Positions 13,074 through 26,954 are shown, numbered from the stretch's first letter. The stretch is 64,000 nt of DNA from Octopus sinensis (GCF_006345805.1 NC_043005.1:88288001-88352000); one strand, 5' to 3'. Made by a program: numbers and translations. Notes: a model not told the origin generated them from the letters alone.

Positions 13074-13289
13074 TGACCCTTTTGATATCAAGCCACATGA
13101 GAATGTCCCTTGTTGTATCATACAGACTTCCTGTTTGATCTCATTTGAAATTTTCCATTAAAATTTCATGTTTATTTGTGTTCCAGTCTTAATTATGGGC
13201 AACTCATTTTATTAAAGTCTTCTTTATTTTCAAAATTAATTGAAACAAACTAACATTTTTTAACAAAACCATGGTAACTAAAGGGTTAA
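13074..13289. mobile_element. piggyBac-like MITE
   Basis: Ends TTGA-CCCTTT...AAAGGG-TTAA, i.e. CCC/GGG termini with a TTAA-like target; a related piece lies at about 21877-22040. Confidence 0.5.
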
Positions 13290-14000
13290 AGCTGATCAAG
13301 CTGTCTGATGTCCCTAAATGTAGGTTTTTAAAGTATTAGCCATTCTCTGACAGGTTTGTGGTCAAGCCTGCGTCAGTGGAGACTGCCTAGCATTCTCAGG
13401 CCCTCAACCACGTCCCTGCTCACCACTATCAGGGTGGATACAGCTATCCGCAAGTGTGAGCCCTTGTGGGTCAGAGTGGCTGTTCCAGTGCATCTGGGGC
13501 AACACCTTTTCAATTTTATCTGCTGGGACCATGAGGCGAACTGACAAACCTTTTTATGTATTTTCTGTGAAAAAAAGGAAGGATATGAGAATTTAGGCAG
13601 GGCCCTTCATCAAATTTAGAAAACCATATCACTAAGAATTACCGAAGGCTAACAAGTGTCAGAAACTACAGACAAATCAGTGAATATTTTCTACTTCATA
13701 AACACTTCATGCACACATAAGCTAAAAAAGGCCGCATACACATACAAACCATCTACTCACCATTTATCCAACGAACTAAAGTTACTTTCGTTAACTGGCT
13801 CTCGTTGGCTAACTCTGTCTCAGCTGTTGAGTTGTCTTAATTGTCTATATTAGACAGTTAGTTGTATAACTTTACTTGGTCTCAATGTTAAATTATTATA
13901 ATTCTCTCTAAGAAATTACGTAGCCATCTAACCAGGGATTGGTCAGCAATTTTTGTGCATTTTTGTACGTTATATAAAATGTTTCATTTCTTTTCTATAG

Positions 14001-14227
14001 GGCGATTGTGAGTATGGTATATTTCGGCATTGCTCTTAATGTTGGCAAATTGTATGGCAATCTCTATATGAATTTCTTTTTGATTTCGATTGTCGAGTTT
14101 CCGGCCTATACTCTGTGCATCCTTCTGTTAAATCGTGTTGGAAGAAAAAAATTGCATACTAGCATGATGGTTTTGGCTGGAGTCACTTGTATCGCTGGAA
14201 TATTTCCCGTTCTCTATGGCACTAAAG
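14001..14227 (+). CDS. SLC22-like gene, exon E (227 nt)
   Basis: tag|G...G|gtaaac; AIVSMVYFGIALNVGKLYGNLYMNFFLISIVEFPAY...LNRVGRKK, the second MFS motif. Confidence 0.93.
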
Positions 14228-14288
14228 GTAAACGAATCATTATTATTGTTCTTGTTCTTGTTCTTTTTGTTATTATCATCATCATCAA

Positions 14289-14332
<44 letters not shown>

Positions 14333-14350
14333 TATTATTATTATTATTAA

Positions 14351-14438
<88 letters not shown>

Positions 14439-14439
14439 G

Positions 14440-16540
14440 CATTCTTTCTTCAAATTTTCTTCCGTTTCTCGCCGAGTGTTTTCCGTACACCTTGGGCAGA
14501 GAAGCTCATTGTATGCATTCCCATATTACAAACGCAAATTCACAGGTAAAATATGTATTTAAAAAATTAATAAATAAATTCATGAATGGATGTTGTTTTC
14601 ACAGCGATAATGCTCTTCTCAGTACATGAGCTGTTCCAGTTAACACAATTTTTTGCACTTCCTGTAGGGATGGTGAGCCTGGTATGATTTTCAAATAGGT
14701 TTCAGTATCTTTTTTATCATTCCTAGAGATCCTACAATCACTGGTACGGTAGTCGCCATGAGATACCACATTTTTTCAATTTCTATTAGCAGGTCTTTAT
14801 ATTTACTGATCTTGTCAAATTCTTTCGCCGCTATATTGTGATCACAAGGAATACTCATGTCAATTAATAAACACACCTTTTTGTCTGATTTTTTATAATA
14901 ATATCCGGTTTATTAGCTTTTATAGTTTTGTCGGTTTGTACGGGGAAGTCCCATAGAATCGACACATTTCTCCCTCAGTCACAGCTTCAGGATGGTGTTT
15001 ATATCATTTGTCAGCGGTTTTGATTTTATAATGCCGACATATTGTCCAGTGAAAATATTGGCCGACTCTGTCATGTCTTGCTTTATATTCTACAGGTGCT
15101 AAGACTCTACACCCTGAGATTAGGTGGTCTATTGTTTCAATCTCATCGTTACAGAATCGGCATTTTGGGTCAGCTCCATTTTTATCACATTGGCTTGGTA
15201 GTTCCGTGTTATAAAGTTTTAGCCTTGAGCAGCTAATATAACACCTTCACTCTCTGATTTTAGCCCTGAGATTCGTAGCCATTGGTGCGTATGTTTCCGG
15301 TCGACACCAGCTTGTTTGCTACGGGCCACATACTTGCTATGCAGAGGTTTTTGTTCCCATCTGCTAGCTAAATTTGGCATTGGATTCGAACATCTTATTT
15401 TGTTTGTAGAATTTGATTCTTTTCTCAAATCTGCGTATTCTCTGAGCTTTTGCTTGAACTTTTTGTTTAAGTGTTTCTTTCGCTGACATTAGTTCTTCTC
15501 TTGTTGAGTGTCCATATTTTCTCACAATCTTCCTGCCTTTTCTTGATCTTACATCATTTCCAGAGATTAGCTCAGTTAATATTGATATCTCTCTTCGCAA
15601 TGATTCAATTTCAGTTTCAATTCTACTCCTCCAGTTTGATTTTCTTTTCGAATTTGGTATTGTTGGCTTTTTGGGTGTTAAACAGCATCTTTCGATTACC
15701 TTAGCGACAGAGTAAATAATTTCATTTGATTTATTAAGATCGGGTTTTAGTTGGTGTATGATTTCTTGTGTAACGCAGTTGCCAATTTTTATTTGTGTTT
15801 TATGTTGGTGTGCATTTGAGAGTTTATGGAGTGGTTCCCTATCATTCATAGTTGTATGGCCTACAACTGCAAGCTCATTCAGAACATCTTGCTTCATTTC
15901 AATGATAGATTTTCTGTGTTGTTCAGCAAATATCTGGTCTTCAATTTCTGTTTCGACATCATTTTCCTGGCTGTTTTTTCTAGGGTCATTATATTTTCCT
16001 TTTTCTTCAGGATCTTGAGTCGTTTCGGCAGATGGTCGCCTTTCAGTCAATGCTTGTGCCCCAACATTCCTCTCCTCAGCTTCGTTATTTCTTTCCTGAC
16101 TTACTTTTAGGTCATTCTCTTCCACTTTTTTAATAGAAGTTAATTCTGCATCTGTGAGTCTGGTATTTCTGAAGATATCTCTTCTAACATTTGCTAATCT
16201 GTTTTCATCCAGGTTTGGTCTGCTAGCTGGATTCCGGCTCCTCCAAATTCTGTAGGAGTTTGCGGTGTGTTTCTCTTGGGTTGGCCTACTTAATGAAAAG
16301 TAATAAGCATATATTACAACTTTATATTCTTCCCGGTTCCATTTAGTTCTTTTACTTTTTGATTTTCTGGTCGTTGTGGTGGTGAACTCTGGGCTCTTAA
16401 TTTGGGACAAATCCCGTTCCAGATATTCAGCCATTTGAAAATTTTTCGCCATCAGGCCGGCAGCCTCCTAACGGGCGCGCTTCCAGTATAAACAAGCGAT
16501 TCGGTGTACTGTTAGAAATTTTCTTTTCAAGTAAAGTTAA
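14440..16540 (-). mobile_element. R4/Dong-type element with 5' ORF and 3' CCHC/RLE region but no RT
   Basis: A 362-aa N-terminal ORF (16452-15364) joins directly to QWLRISGLKSESEGVILAAQ, CRFC...HLISGC, KPDII and IVGSLG remnants; (TAA)n on both flanks. Confidence 0.85.
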
Positions 16541-16591
16541 ATTATTATTAAGTTTTCATTAATAAAAAAAATTATTATAATAATAATAATA

Positions 16592-16632
<41 letters not shown>

Positions 16633-16639
16633 CATTATT

Positions 16640-17054
16640 ATTCTCTTTACTCTTTACTCTTTTATTTGTTTCAGTCATTTGACTGTGGCTGGAGCACCGC
16701 CTTTAGTCGAGCAAATCGACCCCAGGACTTATTCTTTGTAAGCCTAGTACTTATTCTATCGGTCTCTATTGCCGAATTGCTAAGTTACGGGGATGTAAAC
16801 ACACCAGCATCTGTTGTCAAGCGATGTTGTGGGGACAAACACAGACACACAAACACATACATACGTATATATATATATATATACAAATATACGACAGGCT
16901 ACTTTCAGTTTCCGTCTACCAAATCCACTCACAAGGCTTTGGTCGGCCCGGGGCTATAGCAGAAGACACTTGCCCAAGATTGCACGCAGTGGGACTGAAC
17001 CCAGAACCATGTGGTTGGTTAGCAAGCTACTTACCACACAGCCACTCCTGTGCC
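16640..17054 (-). mobile_element. tRNA-derived SINE (family A)
   Basis: A/B-box-like head GGCTGTGTGGT...GGTTCAGTCCC on the minus strand, internal (TA)/(TG) tract and AAAGAGT-repeat tail. Confidence 0.85.
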
Positions 17055-17271
17055 TATTAGCTGGGGCGAAAGAGTACAACAGGGGTCGCCACCACCCCCC
17101 TGTCGGAGCCTCGTGGAGCTTTTAGGTGTTTTTGCTCAATAAACACACACAACGCCCGGTCTGGGAATCGAAACCGCGATCCACCGACAGCGAGTCTGCT
17201 GTCCTAACCACTGGGCCAGTGGTTGGGACATAAACCACTCAATAATAATAATAATATTTATTATTATTATT

Positions 17272-17315
<44 letters not shown>

Positions 17316-17399
17316 TATTATTATTATTATCATCATCATCATTATTATTATTGTTGTTGTTGTTGTTGTTGTTATTGTTGTTAATGTTTATACCAACCA

Positions 17400-18440
17400 T
17401 TTATTTAGTATCTATGGAGTTGAATCTATGCTTGTTAATCATATGTCGATCTTCAATTCATTATTTTTGCTATTATTTAGCTTAATTAAATAAGATTGCT
17501 TGTTGTATTTATTTTTCATTTCCATCATACTTAATATTCGATCATTTCCAGGAATTTTAATTAGTAAATTAATTCTGGATATAACAAATTTTGTCTTATA
17601 CCAAATTTCGGATAATGCGTAGTTATAGTAATTTTGATTTTGTGCAGATCCGTCCTCATTAGTAGAAAGCCTTGAAATACGATTTGATATATTTTTAACA
17701 ATAGAGTCTATGATGCTCCTAGAATGATTAGAAGTGTTACTCACTTACCTAAAGCACTCATTCGGTCTATGAAACGGTTGGTGTAGTTGAGTACTGACAT
17801 CCACAGTAACATAAAAGAAGTTAACCTTAGTATGATGATTTTCTCTCGCGATAGAGAAGGCCGAGATGATTAAAGAATTGAAGAAGTTTTTTTCAGGGAC
17901 CTTTCTAGATTAACCTTATTAGTCATACAGATAGGGAAAAGAGCGTCATTTCTATATAATCCACCCCTGATTCAGGTCATTCAAAATGAATACAGATAAG
18001 AATGTAAATACCCCCAAAATCAGTTACTTGCGCTGAGTCACTGAACCCCATAGTAATGTCGAAATAATCGGTTTATTAGTCCGAGTTCAGTACTTTCCAT
18101 CCAATTCAATTATGGTTTTCCTAGCCGTTAGTATTATATAAATTTCACGCCTGGATGAATCTGAATTCTTCATTCCAACAATTAAGGCCCTTCTAAGTTG
18201 TATAGGGTTGATAGATGAGTAGTAATTTGATATATCCAACTGAATGAATTTAGTAAGTTTTTTTCATCGCTAATATTATTGAACCACTCAATTACTTCGA
18301 ATGAATTAGACCACAAAGATAATTTAATATTTTGTCAAAGCTTATGTTTAAATATAATAAATTTACTCATCTTACCAATATCTGATTTCCATGGGTAAAG
18401 TAGACTAATTTCTGGATTAGTATAATGCAATTCTACAAAT
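17400..18440 (-). mobile_element. Penelope-like RT fragment, degenerate
   Basis: Remnants FIQLDISNYYSSI, GGLYRND (GLYRDD-like) and SNHSRSIIDSIVKNISNRISRLS. Confidence 0.8.
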
Positions 18441-18761
18441 TTTAGTAAATGCATTTGGTATTCAAAGGATAGCAACATCAAGTATGATTTAATGGGGTCC
18501 TTTATTACGCACCATCGTACAATACTGGTAATTTTAAACGTGATCTGTGCCTTGAGGTATTATATAATTACTTCTAAATATCATTGTATTATAAAGGTAA
18601 TTTTACGATGAAATGTTCTCACAAATATAGGAAAACATTTAAATACTTCAATCAGAAATAACTCATTAATTGCTTTTCACATAATATGATACGCATATTT
18701 TTTCTAAACATGTTAAGCATATTTTATAGATAGTTAACTAACTGTCGTGACGTAGGATTTT

Positions 18762-20009
18762 TATGAGGAGGTGCTGAAAAGTTCCTGGCTTTGGGTAAAA
18801 GAAAATACAGAAGGATCAGTTAATTGTAATTTTATTCAACATATTCCCCCCTCACATTCACACACATATTGCAGCGGTCCTTCAGTTTTTTAAACCCTGT
18901 AAAAAGAAATCGAAATGTTGGGCTTCCAACCAAGCGTCTGTAGCAGCGATCACATCCGAAATGGAGTGAAATTTTGTTCCCTTGAGGATTTTCTTCAGTT
19001 GGGAAAGGAGGTGCTAGTCGAATGGGGCTAAGCCAGAAGAGCAAGGAGAATGGACTACCTATTCGAAACCAAAGTCACATGTTTTCTGTAGTTTCATGTG
19101 TTGTGTATGCTGGTGCATTGTCCTGCAAAAACAGGATATTACGGCTCAGCTTTTCACGGTGTTTCTGTTTCAAATCTTCATGTATTTCGTCCAACAGAGA
19201 CATGTAGTATTCTGTATTGATAGACGACACTTTGGCTGGTATTTTATAAGGAGTGTTCCGTCTTTGTCCCAGAACACCGAGGCCATAATCTTTCCAGCTG
19301 ACCTCTGGCTCCGAAACTTCTCGGAACGCAGTTAACTTATGTGGCACCAGTCCATTGATTGCTGCTTGGCCTGGTGATTATATTGGTGATGCTAAGTTTC
19401 ATCCATGGTGACTACACGAGCCATAAAATCAGCCTCTCTCGCTGCAAACCGGTCCAAAATCGCCTTTGATATTGACGCTCTCTTGTGCTTCTGATCTGCG
19501 TTCAGGAATTTCAGCAACCATTTCGCATAAGCTTCCTCATGTCCAGAATGTTGTGGATGATGTGGCCAACATTTCGCGTGAAATCCCGAGAGTTTCAGCA
19601 ATGACTTTAGCTGAAATCTAGCGGTCCTCGAGAATCATGACGTGTACAGCGTCGGCTTTGTCCTCCTCTGTGGCCTCGGAAGGTGGTCGTCCTGATCGGG
19701 GTTCATCCGTAACCTCGAAAGGATCAGCCTAAAAGCTTGACACCCAGCAGCCATCCTTCAAGATTTCTTTCCTCTTGCCATGGATTTCCACTGCTCCTTT
19801 GCCTTGAAGAAAGAGGAACTTCATAACCACCCGTGCTTCAATTTTACCAAAATCCACCGTAGGAGCTGTCACCATGAGTTAAATGTGCAAAAACGAGAAA
19901 GATATACTGTATACCATCGAAATGTTTTGCATATATTCTCCGAAATAGTTGTCGTACTTCCCCTGTGAAGTTAAGGGCTCTACACTTTCACTTTCAGAAC
20001 CACCTCGTA
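18762..20009 (-). mobile_element. Mariner transposon fossil, near full length
   Basis: Imperfect TIRs TATGAGGAGGTGCTGAAAAGT and ACTTTCAGAACCACCTCGTA; catalytic remnants VVTMDET and FLQDNAPAY. Confidence 0.88.
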
Positions 20010-20056
20010 TACACACACACACGTGTATGTCTTTATCTAAGTGTGTGTGTATGTGT

Positions 20057-20095
<39 letters not shown>

Positions 20096-21169
20096 TTTGT
20101 CCGCCACCAATGCTTGACAACTGGTGTGGGTGTCTTTATGTCCCTGTAACTTAGCAGTTCAGATAAAGAAATCAAAATAAAAGGTGCCAAGCATAAAAAT
20201 ATAAATAAAACGAAACAGATAGAAACAAAGCATATATAAATAAATATATACATACACACGCACACACATTATGTAGGTAGGTAGGGTAAATCGCAGCTGT
20301 TTCCTCTTGAATCGCATCTGCTTATTCCATTATTACAATCCAGTATGAAGTTAGTGTTGTTGTTGTTGTTATTGTTGTTGTTGTATTAATGCAAGGTACA
20401 AATGAGTGTTGGAAATTCTGGAAATATTGTTTGCAGAGTTATATTATAACAAACCAGGAAGTTGGAACATTTCTTGGTATTATTTATTCCCCATTACACA
20501 TGTTTCGTTGGTGAATGGGAATTACAAAGTTTTACATGTTAGATAAACATGTCAGAGATTTCCTGTTAGAAAGTCTTCAGACAGAAAAGTGAATAACACA
20601 AAATTTACATTTGGTTGAAGCGTTTAAATAGATTTAATAAAAAGGAGTTTTATAGAAAGTTGGGCGAAAAGGGAGAGCAAATTAAAAAGTGAAGAAAAGG
20701 GAAGAGAGAGTTACAAACACACACACACACACACATACACACATGCAATGTCATCTCTGATGAATCCTCATTCACTCTATTTTATAGATTTGGGGTAAGT
20801 TTATATCTAGAGACAGCGCAAAGAAGCCTTCAACACTGACTGCTTAGTCCTGACTGTGAATAATGAAAGTGGCTCTGTGATTATTTAGGTAGCCAAAATA
20901 TGAAATTCTCTTGGCACGACATGGCAGATTTAAAGCCTAGGATTATCGGAGTATTTTAGCTGGTCATATCCATCCAGTGGTGTAAATATTGTTCCCTGGT
21001 GGGAGCACAATCTTCCAGGTCAGTAATGTGACAATTCACATGATTGTAATTCAGAATTGGTAAGAAGACCACAAAAATGAAGTAGACCACCCCTACAATC
21101 ATTCCACCCAAACATAACTGAACGTTTATGATGCATTTTGGTGTAACAAGCGAGAAGCTGTTTCCTTAT

Positions 21170-21365
21170 ACCATTGTTGTGGAAAGATCTAAAGAAGGTT
21201 TTATTTGAAGAATGAATCAAAATTCCCTTCATCCAGGACTTGTACACGTCAATTCCTCAACATATTAAATCTGTGATTAATGCCAAACATGGACCAATTC
21301 CATATTAAATAATACAATTTCCATTTAATCCGGTCTTTCCATTATTTTATCCAAACTCTTTTAGA
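21170..21365 (+). mobile_element. Tc1-like transposase 3' fragment
   Basis: IQDLYTSIPQHIKSVINAKHGPIPY* resembles the Tc1 C-terminus. Confidence 0.6.
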
Positions 21366-21515
21366 GAAGCCAGAGAATGGATTATTGAAATTATGTACAG
21401 ATTAGTTAGCCATTCAAAGAATCATATTAAGGGTTCACATGCCTGTGAAATACCGAAAAGGGTTTTTTTCTCTCTTTTACTAAAAACTTCTGTCTTTTCT
21501 CTTTTTCTTTTTCAG

Positions 21516-21697
21516 CCCATCGATGGATGTTAACTGCCAGTTCGATATTAGGCCGTTTGTTTATCACTGCATCTTTTGGAATCGTGTATTTATACACTTT
21601 GGAATTATATCCAACTTGTATAAGAAACGGTGCATTGGGGGCTTTGTCAACCTTTGCACGTGTTGGTGGGGCTTTGGCACCTTACACTCTCAACTTT
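21516..21697 (+). CDS. SLC22-like gene, exon F (182 nt)
   Basis: cag|CC...TTT|gtaggt; [46 protein letters not shown] carries the ELYPT and ARxG motifs. Confidence 0.93.
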
Positions 21698-22415
21698 GTA
21701 GGTATTTAGATTCTTTCAGACTTGCTATTTGTTTTGTTGTTCGTCCCTTTTGTTAGTCCATCCATCGTGGAACCAGCACAACTAGTAAAGAGACAGAGCT
21801 AGGCTTATCTTTCTATGGATTTACATAACATACGAATAAGGAAATATTATCCATCAGACCAGGCACAATGGCTATAAACCTTTTGTTACCGTATTTGGGA
21901 TGAAATACACTGTATTTGTTTCAAAGAATTTAGTAAAATAACTTAGCCATTTCTTACCACATTTCTGAAATACACAGCCTTTGTTTTAATTAATTTTGAA
22001 ATAACGAAGAATTTAGTGGAATAACTTTGTCATTATTAAGCTGCTACTTCAGGTGGCGAGCTGGCAGAATCATTAACAGATTGGAACACAGATGTCAAAT
22101 TAAGTACTTTTTCTCTAAATAATTTATTTTACTTTCAAACTTTTATGCTGGTTGTTTTTTTCCTAGCACTCCTTTACAATTCCCTTCTTGATGTTTCCAT
22201 TGATTATTTATTTCCACTCATCTGACCAAACGGTTGTCATTTTCCGATTCCACACGTATTTATTTGTATTGTTGTTTCCTGAATGAATTTGCTTGCGCCT
22301 TCTATTTATCTGTCCTATGTCTTGATTTCATTTGTCGTCTGAGATAAATTAGGTATTGTAATGGTAACTGAGAATATCCCTGCCCCCAGGTATTACTGGG
22401 TATCTCAGCTAGTAC

Positions 22416-22478
<63 letters not shown>

Positions 22479-22494
22479 TATATATATATATATG

Positions 22495-22530
<36 letters not shown>

Positions 22531-22544
22531 TGTATGTATGTATG

Positions 22545-22598
<54 letters not shown>

Positions 22599-22603
22599 AT
22601 ATA

Positions 22604-23260
22604 AGTCATACGATATAGTGTATATTTAGACCCATAATGAATCCACTTGTAGGAATTCAACACGCTAGAAAGAACAGCTAGGTTCCATAACCACAAAAAT
22701 TAGGGATAAAATTCGACAGGAACGAATTGAAAAATGAAAACATTTTACCATCTAGTTTCCTGGACCAACAGGTTTCTGATTTTAGTTTAGCGAGTCAAGG
22801 AACTCGCTAGGTGCAATCTTCTTCAGTAGGACCACCTAGGGTTAAACGTATACACACGGGACGAACAAAACTACTTGCCCTGTGTTTATACGTCATAACT
22901 TTTTCAAAATCTACTGCGCAGCCGCAGTCCTTCGCCGGCAATAAAAAAAACCGCCAACTTTTAAAACCGAAAATTATCCAAAAAACTTACAATATTTAAT
23001 CATATCAAAGGAAAATGGAAATTAATTAAAATTTACATTTCCGGTGGTCTAACGTATAAAAAATTTAGTCAAATAGACTATATATTAGTCATACGATATA
23101 GTGTATATTTAAACACATAAGGAATCCACTCATAGGAATTCAACACACTAGAAAGAACAGCTAGGTTCTATGACCACAAAAATTAGGGATAAAATTCGAC
23201 AGGAACGAATTGAAAAATGAAAAACATTTTACCATCTTGTTTCCTGAACCAATTGATTTC

Positions 23261-23264
<4 letters not shown>
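22604..23264 (-). mobile_element. HHR-bearing partial tandem element (retrozyme/pLTR-like), 483-bp period
   Basis: 22604-22780 is repeated at 23087-23264; (TA)n on both flanks; a homologous copy lies in the opposite orientation at about 38330-38615. Confidence 0.75.
22758..22831 (-). ncRNA. Type I hammerhead ribozyme with extended stem II
   Basis: UCCUA-CUGAAGA-AGAUU...UAGCGAGU/ACUCGCUA...AAUCA-GAAA-CCUGUUGG-UC-CAGGA; one A-C mismatch next to the cleavage site. Confidence 0.7.
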
Positions 23265-23313
<49 letters not shown>

Positions 23314-23510
23314 TTGCTGAAGTGTTTAACTGGATTAAATAAACAAGAGTTTTATATATATATATGCTGAAATTAGCACTGGATGAACATGGAGGGAACG
23401 ACTTTGACCATGAGTGTGCTTCTTCAGTAATGATCTGGGGTCAAATAACAACAAAATAAACAAAACATGTTTTTAATTTCCTGCTTTTTTGTGTTTTTTT
23501 TTTCTTTCAG

Positions 23511-23674
23511 TCAGATTTGGTTCCTGGCAAGGTTGGTCGAATACTGCCGATGGTTCTTATGGGAGCACTTTCCATAACCGCGGGGCTATTTTCATTGTTA
23601 TTACCCGAAACAAACAACAGGAAAATGATGGACAACTTCAATGATTTGACCAAATCTGGACAACTGGAGTTAGC
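23511..23674 (+). CDS. SLC22-like gene, exon G (164 nt)
   Basis: cag|TCA...GC|gtaggt; ILPMVLMGALSITAGLFSLLLPETNNRKM is TM12 plus the LPET motif. If the intron is not spliced, a TAG stop falls at 23676-23678. Confidence 0.88.
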
Positions 23675-24231
23675 GTAGGTGGCTCTCACATGATATAAAC
23701 ATTATAATCATCATCATTGTTAGCATTAACATCATCATAACCATCACTATCAGCAACATAGTAATTATCATCATCATCATCATCATCATTATGAACCAAG
23801 AAGTCAGCCTTTAATCGATCATTCAACTTGCTAGAAATTACACCCTGCCACCTTAAAGAAAAAGGACACGTTGAATATTGAGGCACAATGGTAAAAAAAC
23901 GAAGCAGATGGTTTAAAGGTGGAATGCTTTTGACCCTAGGTTTCCTCAGTCAGAAGTAATCTGGGTTACTTGGTGGCAGTTTTTTGTTTGGGTAAGGGTC
24001 TGAGCCCATAGCCATTGTGGAACTCTTCAACTTTGGTAAATCTGATGCCGTTAGCATTTCTCTTGTTGTGTTGTAAGTGAAAGGCCACTGGGAGAAAATG
24101 CCAGAAGAACAATGTCCAAGAGAAGAAAGATTAATTGTTGTAGTTAGCAGTGCTGTAGCATGGGCAAGACCAAAGGACAGTTGCTCTGGACTCAAAATTC
24201 TTAGAGGCACAAGATTTCAAAAGAAAAATTA

Positions 24232-24491
24232 AAGTGGCTGTCTGGTAGGAAGTCTGCTTCCCAAGCACTTGATTCCAGGTTCAGTCCCACTGCATGATAC
24301 CTTGAGAAAGTGTTTTCTATTATAGCCTCGTGCCAACCAAAGCATTATGAGTTGATTTGGTGGACAGAAACTGCATGAAGCCTGTTGTATGTATGTACAT
24401 ATAGATAGATATAGATATAATACATTTTTGTTGATTCTACCTCTATTGGATCTACAAACCACACAAACACACACATATATATACGCGTATG

Positions 24492-24551
<60 letters not shown>

Positions 24552-24795
24552 GTATGTATGTATGTATGTATGCATGAATGTATTTATGTGTGTGCGTATG
24601 CGTTTCTGTCTCAATTTGTCCCCCCTCCCCTGCTTGACAACAAGCATTGGTGTGTATATAGTCCCAGAGCTTAGTGGTTCAGCAAAAGGGCATCATCAGA
24701 ATATGTAAGACTGTAAAAAATTCTTCAAGACAGTGCTCTAGTATGGCCACAGTCTCATGCTTGAAACAAGAAATAATAGATTAAAAAGAATAAAA
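24232..24795 (+). mobile_element. tRNA-derived SINE (family A), diverged, expanded internal microsatellite
   Basis: Head GTGGCTGTCTGGTAGG...GGTTCAGTCCC and a tail similar to 62005-62371. Confidence 0.75.
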
Positions 24796-25217
24796 GTAGC
24801 ACATTTCGCCCACTTACTCACAATGTAATTGCTTCGGCCCCTTTTGTTGGCTGTCCTTGCAATGCCGGTGGGGTTTAATGTAGGGCAATGAAGGGTGGAC
24901 ACTGCATGAGTGAAAAGAGGAGGGGAAAATGAGTGAATCAGTGATATCTGGATGGATATGAGCTGAGACTAGCTAACTCCCAGGAGCAACAGCAGGCGAA
25001 GGGAAAGTTTGCGCAAGAATGACATCATTGATTTAATAAGAACCTTAATCATCATCTGCATCATCTTGCCCATCATCATCTGCATCATCAGCCGCAGCAA
25101 TATCGTTCTCCTCCTCATCATCATCATCATCACTATCATCATATTTCAACTATTAAACATTATTTTGATAAATGTCTGATTGGCTCTTCCCTCTTTTTCT
25201 TTCATTCTTTCTTCCAG

Positions 25218-25296
25218 TACTAAAAAGGATGCAATTCTAATGGAAGAAACTCACCCAATGAAACCGAGACAATCTGCAGAGGATATAAAATCTTGA
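25218..25296 (+). CDS. SLC22-like gene, probable terminal coding exon H
   Basis: Long pyrimidine tract then cag|T; phase 2 fits exon G; encodes TKKDAILMEETHPMKPRQSAEDIKS*. Confidence 0.7.
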
Positions 25297-26376
25297 TGTA
25301 CGTATGTATGTATATACTTATGTGTGTATGCATGTATGCATGTATGTATGTATGTATGTATGTGTGTATGTATGTATGTATGTATGTATGTATGTATGTA
25401 TGTATGTATGTATGTATGTATGTATGAATGTATGTATGTGAGCACACACACACAGTTAGACAGACAGACAAACAGGCAGGTCGGCAGACAGACAGAGAGA
25501 TAGATAAAAAAAAGTGGACACAAGAAATTATACTAATGCACTATAGGATTGTAAAGGCATATGCTTATATGTGTGTGTGTGTATTTATATATATACATAT
25601 ATACACACATAAATACATATATACATACATATATATATATATATATATAATAGTTTAGCTAGGTGTAAATACACCTAAGGGATATTAAGTATCCGAAGAA
25701 TTTATTGGTTTATATTACTTATATCAATAATAATGTTATTCCAACAGGTAAATAAAAAATGAAGATACAATTTATATATAAATATAAATAAAAAATGGAA
25801 AACAAAACAATAATTTGAACAATTAGAAAGTCAATACAATTTAAAAATTTTATCCAAACAAATGGCACATCTCACGAATTACAGCTGTTTCCGCTTCATT
25901 AATAAAACGAGGTTTTTCTAGAATAATCAAATCTGTTAAAATATGTAATGATGCTTCATCAGATAAATAGATATGCTTAAATATTTAAATTAAACTGAAT
26001 TTATAATTGTTCAGTTTATTGTTTTGTTTTCCATTTCATATATGTGTGGTGTGTGTGTGTGTGAGTGTGTTTGTTGAAAGACCATGGTAATATATATATA
26101 TATGATCAAATGCTTGGAGGCGTGGTGTTACGTACAAAGTCGTTGACTCAAATATCATGTTAGTTCTCTAGTCAATGTTTTTAATATATGTATATATATA
26201 TATATATATATAGGGAGAATTCACAACAAAACACATAACGACAACAGGCAGTATAATACAGATGTATTATTTTAACGCTCGGGAAGTGAAGTTACAATTA
26301 GCTCTCACTGCACACTCAGCCATGTGCTGCCATCTGTTGGCATGCTACAGAACAATTCCGGGAATTTTCTGATACT

Positions 26377-26415
<39 letters not shown>

Positions 26416-26605
26416 CATAATACATACACATAAATATATAACAAAATGTATATATTATATTTACATACATATATATATATACATATATATATAGATATAG
26501 CAATTAAGATTCAAGTGAGTCCTGTTGAATTCACATGAAATGGTACTTAACTTGGATACACCAGAAATCTATATGGTGTTAACCATACGACAAAGTGTTT
26601 TAATA

Positions 26606-26650
<45 letters not shown>

Positions 26651-26818
26651 AGGGAGAATTCACAACAAAACACAAGACGACGAGAGGCAGTATAATACAG
26701 ATGTATTATTTTAACGGTCGGGAAGTGAAGTTAGCTCTCACTGCACACTCAGCCATGTGCTGCCATCTGTTGGCATGCTACAGAACAAATCCGGGAACTT
26801 TCTGATACTACCGATATA

Positions 26819-26890
<72 letters not shown>

Positions 26891-26954
26891 CATACAGAAT
26901 ACATACACATAAATATATAACAAAATGTATATATTATATTTACATGCATATATT

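Noticed and set aside
25877-25966. Minus-strand hammerhead (CUGAUGA...GAAA-CAGCUG-UA)
   Set aside because: Core and palindromic stem III are present, but stem I has only 2 bp and the base of stem II is mismatched; treated as a decayed relic.
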